From Chrysomallon squamiferum (taxonomy: Eukaryota > Animalia > Mollusca): DNA of 64,000 bases. The notes beneath the pieces were generated by a model that was not told the origin of the DNA, did not search any database, and was given only the letters and a program-made list of their open reading frames with translations. Made by a program: the position numbers and the translations under genes. This document shows positions 40,601-55,952 of the stretch, one piece after another. Position 1 is the stretch's first letter; each line of letters opens with the position of its first letter. The stretch spans positions 13,640,001 through 13,704,000 of the forward strand of contig CM022678.1 in the NCBI GenBank assembly GCA_012295275.1. Direction: 5' to 3'.

Positions 40601-43600
40601 CTTGTGACCTGCAACACAGTGACAAAAACCTTAAATAAGAAGATTCAGATACCTTTGCTTACACTGATTACTGAAAAGTTGCTTTTCCATACACATTTAA
40701 TTTATATAAAGTACATAAAATATATTTTGCCATGTGTTTCCAACACAATATTAATGAAAAACTGAAAAGAAGGTTTGTGATTAATTTAGATTTTTACAAA
40801 ATCACACTGAGCTTATATAGAGAAGACCTCCAGCTGCTAGCATCAGGTTTATTTTCTTTTATCACAAACAAAAAATAAAATTGATCATTTTGCAACTGAT
40901 GTTCAGAGTACTTACCTTAGTTCAGGTGGCGATAGTGACCGAGAACCTTCAGGAACTCTATGGTGATTGGGAGACCTTGACCTTGACCTGCCAGTCACCT
41001 CTCTGAGTGGTGAGCGAGATCTTTTTTGTGCGTGTTCAGGTAATTCTAGCTGTTCACCGGGTATGTGTCGTCTACGAGATCCTACTTCATCTCGACCTAC
41101 CACTGTAAGTAACATGGTACATATAAACTGGGTTTTTCTTCATCATTGAAGTTATTTTGAATAATTAATATATTGTTTTTAAAATGTTTATAAAGCTAAT
41201 TATGTATGTGTTAGTGCTTGTATGTGTAACTTTCTTTGCCTAAAATAAAGGAATGTGATAAATGCATTAACTGAATTCATTACTAAAATGTAATAATTAG
41301 ACATGTATCATCAACCAGATTAATATTTTAATGTAAATCTTACCAGTGTTACAATGCAACTTATTTCAAAATATGTTTGTTTTCATTTATTTATAGTTTA
41401 TTACTTACAGTTAAAATAATGCATGTGATCTGTGAGACTCTATGTATGTAATGTATGATTTCCATAAACTTTAAGCTGTACAACCTTAATGAATGTATCA
41501 GTAGTGTATGTTCAGGGTGTGTTAGGATTCTACAGAATATAATAAGTTCAAAGAAACTGTCAGTATGCTCAGTATAAAACAATACCACAGCAGCTATATC
41601 ATCATTTAAATGTAAGCTTCATTAATAGTCCATAGACCATCACTGTGAACATCAAGATTGCAGTAAAAATGAATAAACATTCTAAATGATTCACAACATC
41701 AAATAGTATGACTGACTCAACCAAAACTTTCTACATGATTATATAATAAGCTGAATCAGTTTTATGAATAACAGACAATACAAAATAATAACAAGTAAGC
41801 TGCATCAAAATTCTATGAGTAAATAACTCCAGGGTAGATGTATCAATATTACCAGTAACAGTCTCCATCAGTAAGCCTGTATTCTTCAAGTTATTTCTAT
41901 GTAACAACAAACATAATTTAACCATTAAATAACTTAGTCTTAATTACATAAATGAAAGTAAACAAGCAATACAACTTGTATTTAATTACGTTTTGAGCAG
42001 TAAAACTAGTGACATGAATGGTACTAAACCTTGTGACACTAGGCAACTGATATATGGATGACTAACACTATATTGATACTAAGATATGGTTAATACTACA
42101 CTAGCGACACAGCTGATACAAACATAAGTGACAAGACTAATTCTAATGCAGGTGATGATACTGATTTTAGTGACACACTGGTGTAACTAAGGGTCATTGT
42201 AACAGAGAGCACTGCAATCTAGTGAGACAACAACAGAACTATTTCTAGTGACTAACAACAAAAACTGACAGCCACTACCTGTGGCACTTCGTCTACGAGA
42301 CGAGTTGTCACGATCTCGCCTACTCAGATGCCGTTCACTGTCAGAGAACTCTTCAATGTCGGGAGGAGTGATACAAGGACTTACACTAGCACCATCACTT
42401 CGTCCTGTGGAAAAAACAGTCCACCAGCAAGGGCAAATAACTTCATTGAAGCCAAGGGCAGATAATATTTCTAAAATGCTTTATTCATTTTATATTTGTT
42501 TGTTTGTTGTTACAAATACTACAAGAAAATCCAGGTGAAGACTCACATCATAATTGACTTTTTTTTTTACTGAGGTTGTGTCACCAAAACAATGTTTAAA
42601 TGGTGATAACTCTGTAGCTCTGCATGCATAATTGTTTAAGAATCAGCAGTATTTCTTGAGTAAGCATTGCAACATTTTTATTTTTATTAGAAAGGGGGAC
42701 TGTCAGCCAAGTAACCTGCACTAATCTTTACATATATACTTGTGAACTTAGTATACTCTCACCAACAAAATGTGTATGCTTGCACATTAGTATATTTTTA
42801 AGTATATGCCACCCAACTAATAGCGTCTAACCACATTGCCACCCAGACAGAATATCTTTAAATATATGACATTTTAAATTTAGTCTACAGCTGATGCATT
42901 ATATATTTTAAAATAAATAAGCATTATCTGAATTCATAACAACCTGTGATGACTCCTATGCCATCATCGAAGTCGAGTTCTGACATGTCACTGTCACTGA
43001 GGCCACGTGAAATGTGAGGTGCTGTTAGGTGGGACTTACGCAAATCTGTCGCATCATGACAAACTTTCTGAAATCACAAAATACATGTAATTATGTAAAT
43101 AGTTACAACATTAGAGATCATTGTTATCTAGTAACCATTTAGTAACAGGGTGAGAGAGATACTGAAATTAAAATTTAATGATTGTATTTTCCTGATTAAA
43201 TATTATACCGTTCTAGGTGAAGAGGAAGGAAGTGGTAAGCTGGCATCGTCATGGAGACCAAGTTGATACCAGTAAGGCTCATCATTTAGATTGGCAGTGG
43301 TTAGGTCGATCAGAACCTATCATAAAAAGAAAATAATTAATTATATTACATACACACCGAAAAGAAAACCATGGATATATATATAAAAAAAAAATACCAG
43401 CTGAAAACATAAATACATTTTTATTTATTTATATAGAAATTTTAAAAATATCATTATTAAATTATATGTTTCTACTACAATCCACACTGAAACGATAAAT
43501 GAATTGCACTTACTTCCCCTAAGAAGTCACTGGCCCCAATTCTATCATAATCCCAGACTGTTATTTCTAGAAGTCTGTCCCGCATGTCACATTCTTTAAC

Positions 43601-46600
43601 TGCATAATAAATAAATGTTTGATTCCAGGTTGGCTCTATGGTGTTAGCAATCGTCTTAGTTCTCCTCTTACTTTTCTCACTATCAAAGAGAAAAAGAAAC
43701 AATTCACAATAAATAAATAATAATAATAATAATAATTAGTTCATGAGCATTTAATACAATACTGTTTTCACCTATATCTAATAACTTCCTAATCAATCAT
43801 AATTAAGAAAAAAAAAATAATAATAATAATGATTAAAATAAAAATTAGCTTCCAAAAAGAAGATATAGCAGTCACTAGTTTTGGTATTAATCAAAGCACA
43901 TGTATTATTACATTTGGAGTTTGTAAGTATGAATTATAGTCAACTGGTATAAAGAAATTCTCACGTTAAATATATCATTATAAATAACAACAACGACTGA
44001 AATGGTATCTTAAATATTCTTGTAATTGCGACATTTCCATGAAGAAATTCTAAAATAACATTACTACAAAACCCTGTATGCAAATCTTTAATATTAGTCT
44101 ACCCGTATGAAGACACTGTAATATGTAAATACATCTCTCTCTGGTGGTTGCAAGTATACCAACTAATTCTTGTTTCATTTATGAAAAAAATGTTTGAAGC
44201 CTCCTTTTAAATGAACTTAGTATGTTAATCATACAGAAATAAGTCATTCAGCATTTCTCTTTAAAGGAAGATTTACATATTTAAAAACTATATTAATAAT
44301 ATTTTGAGAGTAGCACAAATCTATTTTTTTTATTTTGAAAACATTGCCACTTTCATTCAAACATCAAATCTGATGCAAAGAAAAAAGTTAACAAATTTAA
44401 AAAAAGATGCACCAAAAAATAATCTAATTACAGTTAAATAGTTATTTCTAAGATAATTATTAACATGCAAAAAAAGATGGTGATATTTACATCAGTTCAG
44501 ATATTTGTTATTTTTCATCTTATTCTTTTTAACTCTATTTTAATTGAAATCATTGCCTAATATTGCTATCAGTGACTTGATCATTTTAAAGACATTTCTG
44601 CTGAGCAATATTCCAGTATGAATTTGTTTTATAAATTTTAAACTTTATATTGTTATTAATGACTGTCCATAAGAGAAAACAAAAAACTAAATTAATAATA
44701 TTAGTAAAAATATATTTGAAAAACAATACTTTTTAACCAAAAACATTTACTTGGATCAGTCTGTTAAAAAACTGAAACATGCAAAAAATTCTAAAACTAA
44801 TAAATACTTTATTTCTTTGTACAAATGTGCTCAGCATTTTGTCTGTGAGATAGGGTGTTTCTAATGCTTTTAAAAAGTAAAATGAAAACAAAGGAAAGAT
44901 TAAAAAAAAGATTGTTAATAATTATTTTTAATAAACATTCCTCAGTTATAAAGATATACACATAGATAAAGTGGGAAAAAAGGAAAGAAATGAAATTCAA
45001 AAAAAAATATATATATTGAAATTTTATGCAAGTGTGATGTTGTAAAGGTTAACAAAATAGAAAAAATTGCAACGGTAGCTACCGTTTTAAACTAAAATTA
45101 GCTGTTGATATAATACTGTGTATTTTTCTTTATAATATTGTCAATTTATTCAAGTAAAATTAGAATGCACTCTTTAGTTTTATACATGTTATTGTTTAAC
45201 AAGGAAGTAGTACTTAATAGTTACAAATATTTAAACATCTTTAATGCATATACAATATATTTCACATTCAGTGGCAGACCACAACCTGTTTGTCTGTTAC
45301 AGTGCGAGTGATACACTGATACTAATTATGACGAGTTCACTATTACAGTCTGTTGTGTTGTACGTGTCACAGATGACGAGTTCATTATTAGTCTGTTGTG
45401 TTGTACATGTCAGAGATAATGAGTTCATTATTAGTCTGTTGTGTTGTGCATGTCACAGATGACAAGTTCAGTATTACAGTCTGTTGTGTTGTACGTGTCA
45501 CAGATGACGAGTTCATTATTAGTCTGTTGTGTTGTACATGTCACAGATGACGAGTTCAGTATTACAGTCTGTTGTGTTGTACATGTCACAGATGACAAGT
45601 TCAGTATTATACAGTCTGTTGTGTTGTACATGTCACAGATGACAAGTTCAGTATTATACAGTCTGTTGTGTTGTACATGTCACAGATGACAAGTTCAGTA
45701 TTATACAGTCTGTTGTGTTGTACATGTCACAGATGACAAGTTCAGTATTATAGTCTGTTGTGTTGTACATGTCACAGATGACGAGTTCAGTATTACAGTC
45801 TGTTGTGTTGTACATGTTAGAGATGACGAGTTCATTATTACAGTCTGTTGTGTTGTACATGTCACAGATGACGAGTTCAGTATTACAGTCTGTTGTGTTG
45901 TACATGTCACAGATGACGAGTTCAGTATTACAGTCTGTTGTGTTGTACATGTCACAGATGACGAGTTCAGTATTATAGTCTGTTGTTTTGTACATGTCAT
46001 AGATGACGAGTTCAGTATTACAGTCTGTTGTGTTGTACATGTCACAGATGATGAGTTCAGTATTATACAGTCTGTTGTGTTGTACATGTCACAGATGACA
46101 AGTTCAGTATTATACAGTCTGTTGTGTTGTACATGTCACAGATGACAAGTTCAGTATTATAGCCTGTTGTGTTGTGCATGTCACATGACGAGTTCAGTAT
46201 TAGTCTGTTGTGTTGTGCATGTCATAGATGACAAGTTCAGTATTACAGTCTGTTGTGTTGTGCATGTCACAGATGACGAGTTCAGTATTACAGTCTGTTG
46301 TGTTGCACATGTCACAGATGACGAGTTCAGTATTACAGTCTGTTGTGTTGTGCATGTCACAGGTGACGAGTTCAGTATTACAGTCTGTTGTGTTGTGCAT
46401 GTCACAGATGACGAGTTCAGTATTACAGTCTGTTGTGTTGTGCATGTCACAGATGACGAGTTCAGTATTAGAGTCTGTTGTGTTGTGCATGTCACAGATG
46501 ACGAGTTCAGTATTATACAGTCTGTTGTGTTGTGCATGTCACAGATGACAAGTTCAGTATTACAGTCTGTTGTGTTGTGCATGTCACAGGTGACGAGTTC

Positions 46601-49600
46601 AGTATTACAGTCTGTTGTGTTGTGCATGTCACAGGTGACGAGTTCAGTATTACAGTCTGTTGTGTTGTGCATGTCACAGGTGACGAGTTCAGTATTACAG
46701 TCTGTTGTGTTGTGCATGTCACAGATGACAAGTTCAGTATTACAGTCTGTTGTGTTGTGCATGTCACAGATGCTTCTTTAATGTCATAATCAACAACATG
46801 AAACTGACATCAATGTTAACCAAGATGCAAATGATATGAACTGATTGATGGATATGAATAAATAGAATACAAGATGCCCAAAATAAATCTAGAGACATTT
46901 AGTGAAATACTACATTTGTTGAATATGAAGAAAAAAGGAGAAAAAAAGAAAGAAAAAGAAACAAGCATTTAAATTTAAAAAAATAATATTACAAATGTTT
47001 TTATTATTTGTATTTACTTCATCTAAAATCCTACAAGCCTCCTTAAAATACTATGTACATACTATGTTAACCTTCACATGTAGTTTGTCATTGTGTTATG
47101 CTGGATCAGTCTGTCAATTTTCCATTACAGGTTTGAATCCCATGCTAGATTTTGTTTTAATATTTTATTTTTAATTTTATTTATTTATCATTTAAAGTTT
47201 ACATATATAATTTTAAAATATCTTGACTGAACATTCTGGTATTTCATTGTATAACACACCCCCAGCAAACTGAAAGAATAATAACTCTTTAAATATTCAG
47301 ATACAACACATCCCTGTTTTTATTTTTCTCAAAAAGTTACTTTTTTAATTTTAACATTTTATTTTATTTATTATTTATTATTGCTATAAGAAATCAAACA
47401 ATAAACTTGTTAATTTATTTTGTTGCAAAACATGGTATAATCTGAATCTTTCAATGAAACAACATACATTAATATAAATTAATTAAAACCGATTGATTTT
47501 ACAGATTTTTGTAACAGTTTAGTTAGTGTGTGACGTATGGTCATTTGCTATATATACTAGCAATAGTTCAATTACACGAAGACCTACCCACAATACAGTC
47601 CTCTCCTGGACTACTTTTTGTTCCATTAACTAGTTTTATCATCACCAGTAGCATTAAATGTTTATTAATCAAAACACACTTCTACTTCAACATTTGAAAT
47701 CTAACAATCATTAAAATGTTTTCACTAACATTCATTCATTCACAAGTGAGATTATTCCTGTCTGAAAACAATATTTTTCTCTGATGTTTGTCACCATGCA
47801 AAGTTTCAGTAAAAAACTAATACATTTTTTTATAATTTTTTTTATTATTTTCTTAAGTGTTTACTCTGTTTCAAAAATGCACCAATATTGAAATTTTCAA
47901 AAACAGTCAAGGCATCCATAAAAAGATAAGATAAATTAAAAAAGATATTTTTGTTTCTACTATTTGAAAGATAAACACTAACCAATGATTAGCTAACATG
48001 TGTTGTGAACAACCAGCCCCGGGTAAGTAAGAGCCAATAGCTGATTGTCTTGTATAGTTTACATAGTTAACTCCCTTACGATGATTCTGAAGGTCACTGA
48101 AGAACATAAAACCAGGATTTTAGAGACAAAAACAAACAAAAAGAACACATCAACAAAAACAACAAACAAAATAGTTGATTAAGATAACAAAGAAAATGCC
48201 TCATGATGTAAATGTACTATTTAAAGTAAAAAAATATATTTCATAGAAATCATGTAAAGTAAAATACACTATTCAAATTCAGTGGCCAACAAAGATGTAG
48301 ATTTACTTCTTTCTGTTTCCTGTAAAAGACAGGAGTATTTCTGAAGTGCTGAATATTCCATCTTTGATGTGTTAAAGACCTTAGTGTAAAAAGTAGACAA
48401 AGAGCCTGAAGAGAGTTTTACAATTTTTCTTTATTCAAAATTTGAACGTATTATTTTTTTATGTATCTTGGTCTGTGTAAAGTTCCTGCTATCTACATTA
48501 AAACTTACAACATTTATAGAGACTATACTGAGGTTGTAGAGAAAAACACTTAAACTACACCCAACAGTTTGTATTATAACCTCACAAAAATGAAACTCTT
48601 TTAACTTTTCTTTTTTTCTTTTTAAAAATCACAAAATATTTATTTTGCATTAAATCACTTCTTAACATTTATTTTGACACGACAGAAAAAAATAACAGCG
48701 CTCCATGATACAATAAATATTCAAAATAAAAAATTCTTATAAAGCCTGCCATAAAAAGAACAAAAACAAACAACTAAAAATAAAACAAAATTAAAACCAA
48801 GTATATTATTTATATAAAAAAAAATTTAAAATAAAATTTAAAAAATTGTATTGTTTACAAAATATAAAAAGTTATTGACAGAGCAATCATTTTATAAACA
48901 AATAGAAAAAAGTTATAATAAATAGTTAAAAAATCAACAAAGAATGCTGAGAGACTCTCACCTTCGATCAGGAAGCAGATACAACTTGCAGTAAGGGTTG
49001 CGGAATTTGCCACTGTCAGTGAGTGGAAGATCAATGGCATTAATTACTGTGACAATCAACTCATAGCTCTGAACATCATACCACAGCTTTACCTGAAACA
49101 TTAATTAAAATGTACATATATATCATATCACAGCTTGTTCAATTTTAAAAATAATATTTAAAATAATTTAATTCTTCAAATTTTATGAGAAAATGGGAAA
49201 GAGCGAATTAATATAATATCAGATGATTTTTTCATACTAATTCAATGTGAAATATAAATATTATAATTTACAGTTTTCCTGAAAATTAAATTTTCAGATA
49301 TATAACCTTTTTTAATGCCTAAAATATTTATATAACTAATAATATAAAATGGTACCCCCAAAAATAATGTCAAAAATGATAATGAAATACCTGAAGTTTT
49401 CCTGTTATCTGAGGCGTGTGTGGCCGTGATCTGACCCCTGGTGATGTTGGTGAGCCAGGCGAGGTGACAGTAACACTACAAGGAGGGTGACTTCGATGTG
49501 TTTCCCTGTCTCGATGCGATTCCCTGCTTCTCTCCCCTCGTTCTCGATCTCGTGCTGGTAGTGCATCTCTAAGACCATAATCTTCAAAATAAACAGTTTG

Positions 49601-50283
49601 GTTATTTTTTAAATATATTACTTATAACAATTAATAAATCTATTTAAAACATAAAAATATCAGTTTAATATAATAATATCTTTAGAGAAATAACTCACCC
49701 CGAGCATGACTTCCAATGAAAGTTGTTTGAACTCCTGGTGGAACTTCCCCAGTTCTAAAACACAACAACAGCACACAATTCAAGACAAATATATGTTATT
49801 TATCAGGTGCCTCTGCATCTGTGTTTGCATTCTAAAACATGAATACACAATTTAGAACAAATATTGTAATGTTAGTCTTCAGGTTTCTATGTGTAAATAT
49901 GTGTTTTGATACCAAGATATTTCCTTTTTAAAAATGCTAAATTTCATTAGCTAATGAAAACATTTATTAGTTTTCCTAATAAGCAGTGTCTCCATTGGCT
50001 CTGTGTACTTACTCAGTGCTGCGATGAACAATAAGTTCAACCTGTGGTTCTTGCTTTGATTCTAGAATTATTTCATAAACCTCCTCATATGTGGCTCCTT
50101 GTAGAGATCTGCCATTCCACTCCACCACCTCATCACCTAAAACACAACACATTAACTTTTATGGCTTGTCTCTTGTAACACTGCATAGTAATTTTTATAA
50201 CTTTTCTTCTGGATGAGTTATGCTATTTATATAAATTAAGTTAAAAAGTACTACAAATATGTTTAGGTAAAGAATCTCTATCT

Positions 50284-50338
<55 letters not shown>

Positions 50339-50362
50339 ATGTTTAGGTAAAGAATCTCTATC

Positions 50363-50450
<88 letters not shown>

Positions 50451-51045
50451 AATATGTAAGTTTTAAGATTACCTGGTCTGAGGTGACCCACTGTATCAGC
50501 AATGCTGCCTTTCTTCACCTTTGCAATGAAAGCCCCAAGTTTTCCCTTTTCAGACAGTTTGCCACCAATTACTTTTAACCCTTTAATATAAAAATATTTA
50601 TAACACTTATATATATATAGTTTAAATTTTACACATACATACACACTAATTCACAATTGTGTGTGTGTGTGTGTGTGTATTGTGTATATGATAACAATAA
50701 CAATAACAAATTCTACTGGACCTATTATTCCTACTATTATTTCTACCACTATATCAATTACTGCTGCCACTGCTGTAACTACAGCTGTGTTAAAATGTGA
50801 TATTATTAGTAAAGTAGAAGAATAATGAGGTTGGTTGCACTAATATGATATGGTAACAGCAGTAGTTTTAGCAATAATTATAGTTTAGCATGAACAAAAT
50901 GATGATATACCTAAAATAGCACTGGAGTCTGTTTTATGGCCTCCACCCTCTAATACAGTTTTCTTAAGTATCATGTGACCAATCCATTTAGAGCCATTGG
51001 CTGACAGCTGCCAGGTAACCGGATGCTGTAAAGTTCAATTTATTC

Positions 51046-51080
<35 letters not shown>

Positions 51081-51495
51081 CACCAGATCTTTAAACAAAT
51101 AACTTAAAGATGAAAATAGATATGCAACAGGATTCATATGATTCAAATGATATTATCAGTAAATGTATTAACATTTTCTTTTTAATTTATTAACATTAGT
51201 ATAAATGTTTAATGTTTTTTATTATTATTATTATTATTATAGCTTTTATATCATGCAAAAGTAGAGAAAATAAATTTGCAGTAATTAATTAAAATATTTA
51301 TTATGTGATGAGTAATGTTAGTATTGGCAGCCCCATCACCTGGACAAACACCTGAAATTAATAGTTATTAGTACATATATATATAGATATATATATATAT
51401 ATTAACAAATAGCTATTGGTGTTTATTCTTGAGGTGCATAAGCTCAAGAATAAACTTTAACCTGCGTGCACTAAAAAGAATTTTTTTTTTTTTTT

Positions 51496-51556
<61 letters not shown>

Positions 51557-54255
51557 GTATATACACTTAGCAGTTACAGGTTTTGTTCTCTGGATATCTT
51601 TTTCTCATCTTTCTTTTTACTTCTCATACATATTATTGATGTTATTACCTTAGACTTTATCTTTCCCTCCCTATTTCAAACAACACACACACACACACAC
51701 ACACACAATATATATATGAGGATTTAAACAAAAAAATGTTTTATCTCATATATATATATATATATATATATGATAAAACAATTTTTTTTTTTAAATCCTC
51801 ATGTTCCCATTGCAAATATAAAAGTAAACAAAGTACAAAGAAGATGGTTGCAATATTTATTCCAAACAGACAGCATGCACATGATCAAAACTAACAAACT
51901 ACAACCAGATACCATGATGAGATCCCCAAATAAAAGACTCAGGTTATGCCACTACCAAGCAGGTTATGTAGAGTTATATAACAGGTTATATAACAGTCAC
52001 ATTATGTAGAGATAGACAATAGAGAAAAAACATAATGGAATACTGATTATAATAATATAGCTTTTTAGAGAAATTACAGTTTTATTAATTAAAATTAATT
52101 TTAAAAATTGTAATCTAGAGTGTTAAAATATTAAATCTGCACTTGTGTTAGTTTTCTTTGTGTGCAGTTTTGCATTTACAGATTTTTTTTTTCTAAATTT
52201 ATATTATTGCAGAATGTAAAAAATACAGCATTCAAATATTCTGGGTTTTTGGTTGTTTTTTTTATTATTGTTTCTGAAGCTAAAAGAACCTAAATTTTTT
52301 TTATATATGAAAGAAAACATGAAAACAAAAAAACAATAAATGTAATAAAAATTAAATTAAATAAAATAAAACTTTTAAATTAAATAAGTAAATAACCACA
52401 CCTTCTAATAGCTCGAGAGATAACAAGATACAGATTTTTTAAAGGAAATAAACAAGAAAAATAAGAAAAAGAAATAAACACACATACACAGTCGAGATTA
52501 ATTAGACTGCTGGATGGTAATGAATAGCGTCGCTGTGTGGGAGGTTTCTTAAAAAAAAATATCATAATTAAAATTTACTTTAAAAAAATTATTTTCCAAA
52601 TATCTGTGTGTGTGCGTGTGTGTGTGTGACTTGCTTTTTATTCTTTCAAAAAATTAATCTTAAAAATTAAATAAATACAATTAATAAAAGTTAGCAAATA
52701 ATAAATAAATAAATAAATAAAATTAGAAGGGGGGAAGATTTAACAAAAATCAACAAAACATTTTCTTTTTTAATTTAAATATTTAAAACAACAATAAACC
52801 AAACAGATAACAAATCCACAACAAAACCTTACATTTATTAATTTTATTTTATTTCTTTTTTCTTTCTTTCTTTATTGTTTATTATTATTTGTTTTTAAAT
52901 CACATTTGTTTTTATTCTCACATTTTTTTCAAGGTGAATTATCCATTAATCTTATTCAAAATAATTTTCCATTATGTAACTTTAAGATATGTGTCTTTAC
53001 TTCTTTTTTTTCATGCGGAAGTTAGTATTCAGATTATATATAATAATATTAAGTTAACATTATCTCAATAAACACAATATTTGATTCACATGTGAGTGAC
53101 CACGTGTTTAATAACAATAGTATGACTAAATTCATTTAAAACAAAAGGAAAAATTATAATAATAAAAATAAAAATAAAAATAAAAATGAAATGAAATAAA
53201 TAAATATATAATAAAATAATAATAAAAATTGAAAAGCATATAAAAAGAAAATATGGTATTAACTAGCTGAAAAATTATCAGTAAATATTATTTCAACTGT
53301 AGTTTCCATGTTTTACATCTATAATTATTCTTTTATATCCATAATTTAAGAGTCAGTTCTAATACTAACTTCTTTTTCTTTTTATCAAATCTCAAAATCA
53401 TTAATTTTAATTACTATGTTACATCAATTCTGTAATTTCTGTGAGTCTTTTTAAATTGTTATTTCACATCGACAATTTATTTTATTATCTGGAAAAATAA
53501 TGTGCATAAAACATATTTGTTTTAAAAATGATCTGAGATGTGCAAAATTGCTTTCTGTGCTAGCTGAAGACAGTGCCACTTAAAAATACATTAATCCAGA
53601 CCTAAATTTAAACTGAAAAATAAATAAATAAATAACATAACATAATAAAATTAAACAATTATAATAATATAAATAATAATAATAGTAATAAATTAAAATA
53701 CAGTAATAAATAAATAACAAATATGTTAAAAAAAAGAAAAAGATAAATAATAACAATAAACCACGAGCAAAAATAAAAAGATAAACTAAAACAATACTTT
53801 ACAAAATGCAGGACAGAGAGGAAAAGAAAAGTCTACAAAGTATGTCAAGGTACCTTAAGATGGTCTTCGTTCAAAGTCTGACTACTACTTGAAAGACCAG
53901 TATCTATGCCCGAGTCTTTAATTTGGGGTTCTGCCCACCCGCCATTCTCTTCATCCAGACTACCTCCGCGACTAAACTGCAACATTTTCGCATGTTTAGA
54001 TCGCTGGGAGGAGCGCAATGAAGATGCGTCACTGAAACTTTCTATTTCCCCTAGAAAGCAGAGAAAAGACTATCAGGTGCTGATGTATTACAACAGCATT
54101 GACTGCAGCACCAGTGGGTTGATGATGTTAACCTTTTCAGTGACAACCGTTTTTGATGCATAAAAGAAACATTTGGCTTATGCTGGTTTTATCAATTTTT
54201 GTGAGATTTTTTTAACATAATAAAAATTGCTGTAGTATTAGCAATAACTGTTATC

Positions 54256-54286
<31 letters not shown>

Positions 54287-55872
54287 CATCAATAATGACA
54301 ATAATAATAATAATAATGCTACATATAAATTACAGAATGGTATCATTCAAAATTTAATTTGAAAATCTACAACAGTGGACAAATAATTGTAATAAAAACT
54401 GGTGGGTAGGGTTATTTAAAAAAAAAAATTATTTTCACTGTTGTTGGGTTTTTAAGTCTACAAATGTATATAAATTATATAGAAGTTGAAAAATAAAAAA
54501 TTAGTAAAAAAAAAACATTAAAAATTAAATTTGTTTTTATAAAAATACTACAAAAAAGCCAGTTTTAAATGCATCAAAAAAAATTCACTTAAAAGGTTAA
54601 TTTAACCCAAAGCCTGCAGAATTAACTGTTCAGCCAATCGCATGTCTTGTTACATCTTCAACCTGTATGTCATCTGAAATAAATCTAATTCTTGTGATAA
54701 GCCAAAAAAAGCTGATAACTTAAGATTCTGCAACAAAGTAAACTAATTCAGTTTATAATTTTAGATTTATTTTCCTTTCCTAATCTCTTGTATAGATACT
54801 AATTTCTTGTATCATTTTTATTTACAGCTACAAATTACAGATTAATTACTTTAACATTAAAATTATTAAATTAAAAATTTCTTTATAACTGGTCTATCAT
54901 ATTCTAAAAGAATTAAAACTTGTATATGTAATTTGTTTTTAAGATTATTTCAACCCAAAAATTAATCCATCTTAAAACATTTTCAAACCTTATAGTCTAT
55001 AATTATAGAGAATTATTTTGTCAAATTTCATTTAAACCATAGAAATATTTTGTATTAATATAGCCACTGATTTAGTTTTATTTTTGTAACAGAACCTTTA
55101 GCCTGACGCCAAGCACTACACATGGAAAAAAAAACTCACCGAGAGAAATTTTTTAATTTTAGCCGCCAGAATTTCATCCTTCTTCCACTGTTCATCATTT
55201 ACCTCATACTCCCCTGTGATAGAAAAATGTTATCCAACACCACAGCACAAAATATAATTATCGCTCAATTACATGTGAACATCTATTATATAAGTGTGGG
55301 GAAGAGGAAATTAAATATATAACAATATTCTATGTTATATATGATAACAGAAAGCTACCAAATAATATGCAGAAAAGATATCCTGGATACAGAGAATAAA
55401 ATTTAGCATCATTTTAATCCATCATGTGTGAAATATTCCAGTAACAAAACTTATATATTGAATTATTCCTGCATGTCACAGAAAACTGCTTTCTTTTTAT
55501 CATAAACAAAGACTTTAAAATATGCCACCGTGTCATAAACGTTTTGTTTGTCCCTTTATTATGTTCTTATAGCAGAAGTACAAATTTATAGCTTTCATCA
55601 AAACAGTTGGGGTTTTTTTGTGTGTTTTTTTGTATTATTATTATAATTAATTTATGATTATTATTTATTTATTTTTTTTTTTATCTTTTTTTAATTATTA
55701 TTATTGCTTTTTTATTTATTTATCTTTTTTTTAATTATTATTATTGCTTTTTTATTTTTTTATGGTTATAGGCATGCTGGTCATATTTTCAAAAATAAAA
55801 CAACATAAAATGGTGAAAAAAAAAATGCAAATGATTCCCCTTATACATACAAAAAAAATAAAAAATAAAAAA

Positions 55873-55952
<80 letters not shown>

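Noticed and set aside
41853-41896. Possible extra RIM exon with AG/GT ends
   Set aside because: 44 nt, with an in-frame TGA in the required phase.
45325-46772. CRISPR-like array, or Cys-rich repeat protein ORFs
   Set aside because: Units are contiguous with no unique spacers and no cas genes. The overlapping ORFs on both strands arise from a 45-nt unit inside a RIM intron.
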